Of a DNA stretch of 37,660 bases, positions 35,972 to 37,660 are shown piece by piece. Below the pieces are notes generated by a model. That model was not told the origin of the DNA, ran no database searches, and saw only the letters and a list, made by a program, of their open reading frames with translations. Source of the DNA: an uncultured Candidatus Saccharibacteria bacterium (GTDB lineage: Bacteria; Patescibacteriota; Minisyncoccia; JAHIHE01; JAGLIN01); the NCBI GenBank assembly GCA_964412905.1, contig CAYPQL010000005.1, positions 1-37,660 on the forward strand. The letters are read 5' to 3'. Within the stretch, counting starts at the first letter, position 1, and every line of letters begins with the position of its first letter. Made by a program: the position numbers and the translations under genes.

Positions 35972-37246
35972 ATGCTCAAAAAACTAATCAGAGTTTTTAA
36001 AGACAAAGAGCTCCGAGGAAAAATAATTTATGTGGCCGTGATGCTTATTATTTTTCGCTTGGCCGCTCACATTCCAATTCCAATCGTTGACGCTGAAAGA
36101 TTGAGCGATTTTTTCAACAGTAATCAGCTTCTCGGCCTTTTAAGCGCTTTTACTGGAGGAGGGATGGAAAACTTTTCTTTGGTTATGCTTGGAGTGGGAC
36201 CATATATTACAGCTTCGATTATAATGCAGCTTTTGACGATGATTTTTCCGCAGATAAAAGAAATGTATCAGGAGTCTGGGGAGGCGGGGAGGCAGAAATT
36301 CAATCAATATACCAGGTATGCCACTGTTCCTTTGGCAATGCTTCAAGGTTTTGCGATGATTACGCTTTTGAAGAATCAAGGAATTATCGGTAGTATAAAT
36401 CAATTTGATATGGCCGTCGCTCTTTCGCTGATTACCGCGGGGACGATATTTTTGATGTGGCTCGGAGAGCTTATTTCCGAGAAGAAAATCGGGAATGGCG
36501 TTTCGTTGATTATTTTCGCTGGCATTGTTTCTGGAATTCCAATGATAGTAAGTCAGACTATTGCCACTATGACTCCTGATAAATATCCAAGCATAATAAG
36601 TTTGCTGGTTATGTCAGTGATTGTGGTTTTGGGAGTTGTGATTATCACGGAGGCTCAAAGAAATATTCCTGTTTCTTATGCCAGGCGTGTTAGGGGAAAT
36701 AAAACTACGGGGGGAATTTCCACTTTTTTACCTCTTAAAGTCAATTCAGCGGGAATGATCCCTTTAATTTTCGCTATGTCTATGATGATTTTTCCGGGAA
36801 TTGTGGCGTCATTTTTTGTCCAGCATTCCAATGAGATGGTCAGGAACGCGGCGCTTTTTGTGAGCAGCACTTTCCAGCCGGGAAATTTGATTTATGGAGT
36901 TTTATATTTTATCATGGTTTTCTTGTTCACTTATTTTTACACTTCAATTGTTTTTGACCCCAAGAATGTCGCAGATAACCTTCAAAAGCACGGCGGATTT
37001 GTGCCGGGAATGAGGCCGGGAACAAGCACCGCCGAATTTCTAGGCAGAGTTCTAGGCAGAATAACATTCCTCGGCGCGACATTTCTAGGCATCATCGCCG
37101 TCATTCCATTTATCGGCCAAGCCCTGACAAATATCACAACTCTAGCCATCGGCGGCGCCTCGGTTCTGATCGTCGTAGGAGTCGTCCTCGAATCAATCAG
37201 GCAAATTGATTCGCAGCTGACGATGAGGGATTATGATGAAATGTAA
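35972..37246 (+). CDS. secY: Preprotein translocase subunit SecY
   Basis: LGVGPYITASIIMQLL, MWLGELI..KIGNGVSLIIF and GGFVPGMRPG. The start was moved to 35972. Confidence 0.98.
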   Translation: MLKKLIRVFKDKELRGKIIYVAVMLIIFRLAAHIPIPIVDAERLSDFFNSNQLLGLLSAFTGGGMENFSLVMLGVGPYITASIIMQLLTMIFPQIKEMYQESGEAGRQKFNQYTRYATVPLAMLQGFAMITLLKNQGIIGSINQFDMAVALSLITAGTIFLMWLGELISEKKIGNGVSLIIFAGIVSGIPMIVSQTIATMTPDKYPSIISLLVMSVIVVLGVVIITEAQRNIPVSYARRVRGNKTTGGISTFLPLKVNSAGMIPLIFAMSMMIFPGIVASFFVQHSNEMVRNAALFVSSTFQPGNLIYGVLYFIMVFLFTYFYTSIVFDPKNVADNLQKHGGFVPGMRPGTSTAEFLGRVLGRITFLGATFLGIIAVIPFIGQALTNITTLAIGGASVLIVVGVVLESIRQIDSQLTMRDYDEM

Positions 37247-37306
37247 AATGAATTGTTGAATTGCTGTACTGCTAAATTTTTTGAATTACAAAATGCTATT
37301 TTAGTT

Positions 37307-37419
37307 TGTCATCTCGAAATGAGCATCAGCGATTGAGAGATCTAAAAGCTATGGGTTAAATCAATTACCCTACTGTCCAATATTATTTACAGATTTCTCG
37401 CGACACGCTCGAAATGACA
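37307..37419 (-). repeat. TGTCAT-family inverted doublet (TTCGA subtype) with a different spacer
   Basis: The arms are exact reverse complements of the 25120 right arm and the 28601 left arm. Confidence 0.95.
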
Positions 37420-37560
37420 AACATCTTGTAATTCAAAGAAAATTGCTAAATTGTTGCATTATTGAGCGCATAAAAATATCACTGACTTAAAATGTCTCAC
37501 ATAGAAACCCCAGCCTGAATTTATTCGGGCTGTTGTTTTAAGAAATAGGATTAACGCCCC

Positions 37561-37589
37561 TTGACACTTCTAAAATTCTATGCTAGGCT
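37561..37589 (+). promoter_or_regulatory. Putative sigma70 promoter for a transcript at or beyond the window end
   Basis: TTGACA-N17-TAGGCT with TGn. Confidence 0.45.
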
Positions 37590-37660
37590 TCTGATGTAAT
37601 AAAAGACCTACCCGCTAGGGTCAATCCGAACACTTGATATTTTAGGTTAATTGACAATTA

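Noticed and set aside
1-37660. Alternative genetic code (UGA recoding as in Gracilibacteria/Absconditabacteria)
   Set aside because: Conserved genes translate full length under code 11 with no internal TGA.
37590-37660. Possible RNA starting after the last promoter (GACCTA..TAGGGTC hairpin)
   Set aside because: The stem is weak and truncated by the window end, so it cannot be assessed.

Overview
Chromosomal segment of a low-GC bacterium, most likely Patescibacteria/CPR (Parcubacteria-like). This placement is inferred from the missing rpmD in the spc cluster, a stand-alone PaaX/Cas2-like gene and mostly SD-less housekeeping genes. Order: 3' part of a dockerin-bearing S8 protease, a large cohesin/Ig-repeat surface protein, a PaaX/Cas2-like gene, malic enzyme, a PEGA-like protein, mreB, an SPFH protein, tRNA-Lys(UUU), argS, aspS, a GIY-YIG nuclease, gatB, recO, a GT2 glycosyltransferase, a frameshifted WecA/TagO-like GT4, tuf, and the S10-spc ribosomal protein cluster through secY. 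The gene content is ordinary, but the DNA carries many small repeat elements. (1) A TGTCAT...ATCT hairpin-arm superfamily forms nine empty inverted doublets plus one arm pair enclosing the GIY-YIG gene. (2) A ~31-nt double-hairpin element sits inside three of those arms and at the frameshift of the GT4 gene. (3) A 34-bp perfect palindrome is duplicated on both sides of the PaaX/Cas2-like gene. (4) REP-like palindromes are translated in frame inside argS, recO and the GT2 gene. (5) 7-9-mer tandem repeats occur in spacers and inside gatB and aspS. There is also a candidate sRNA or leader between argS and aspS. All calls were made by eye; no database searches were run.
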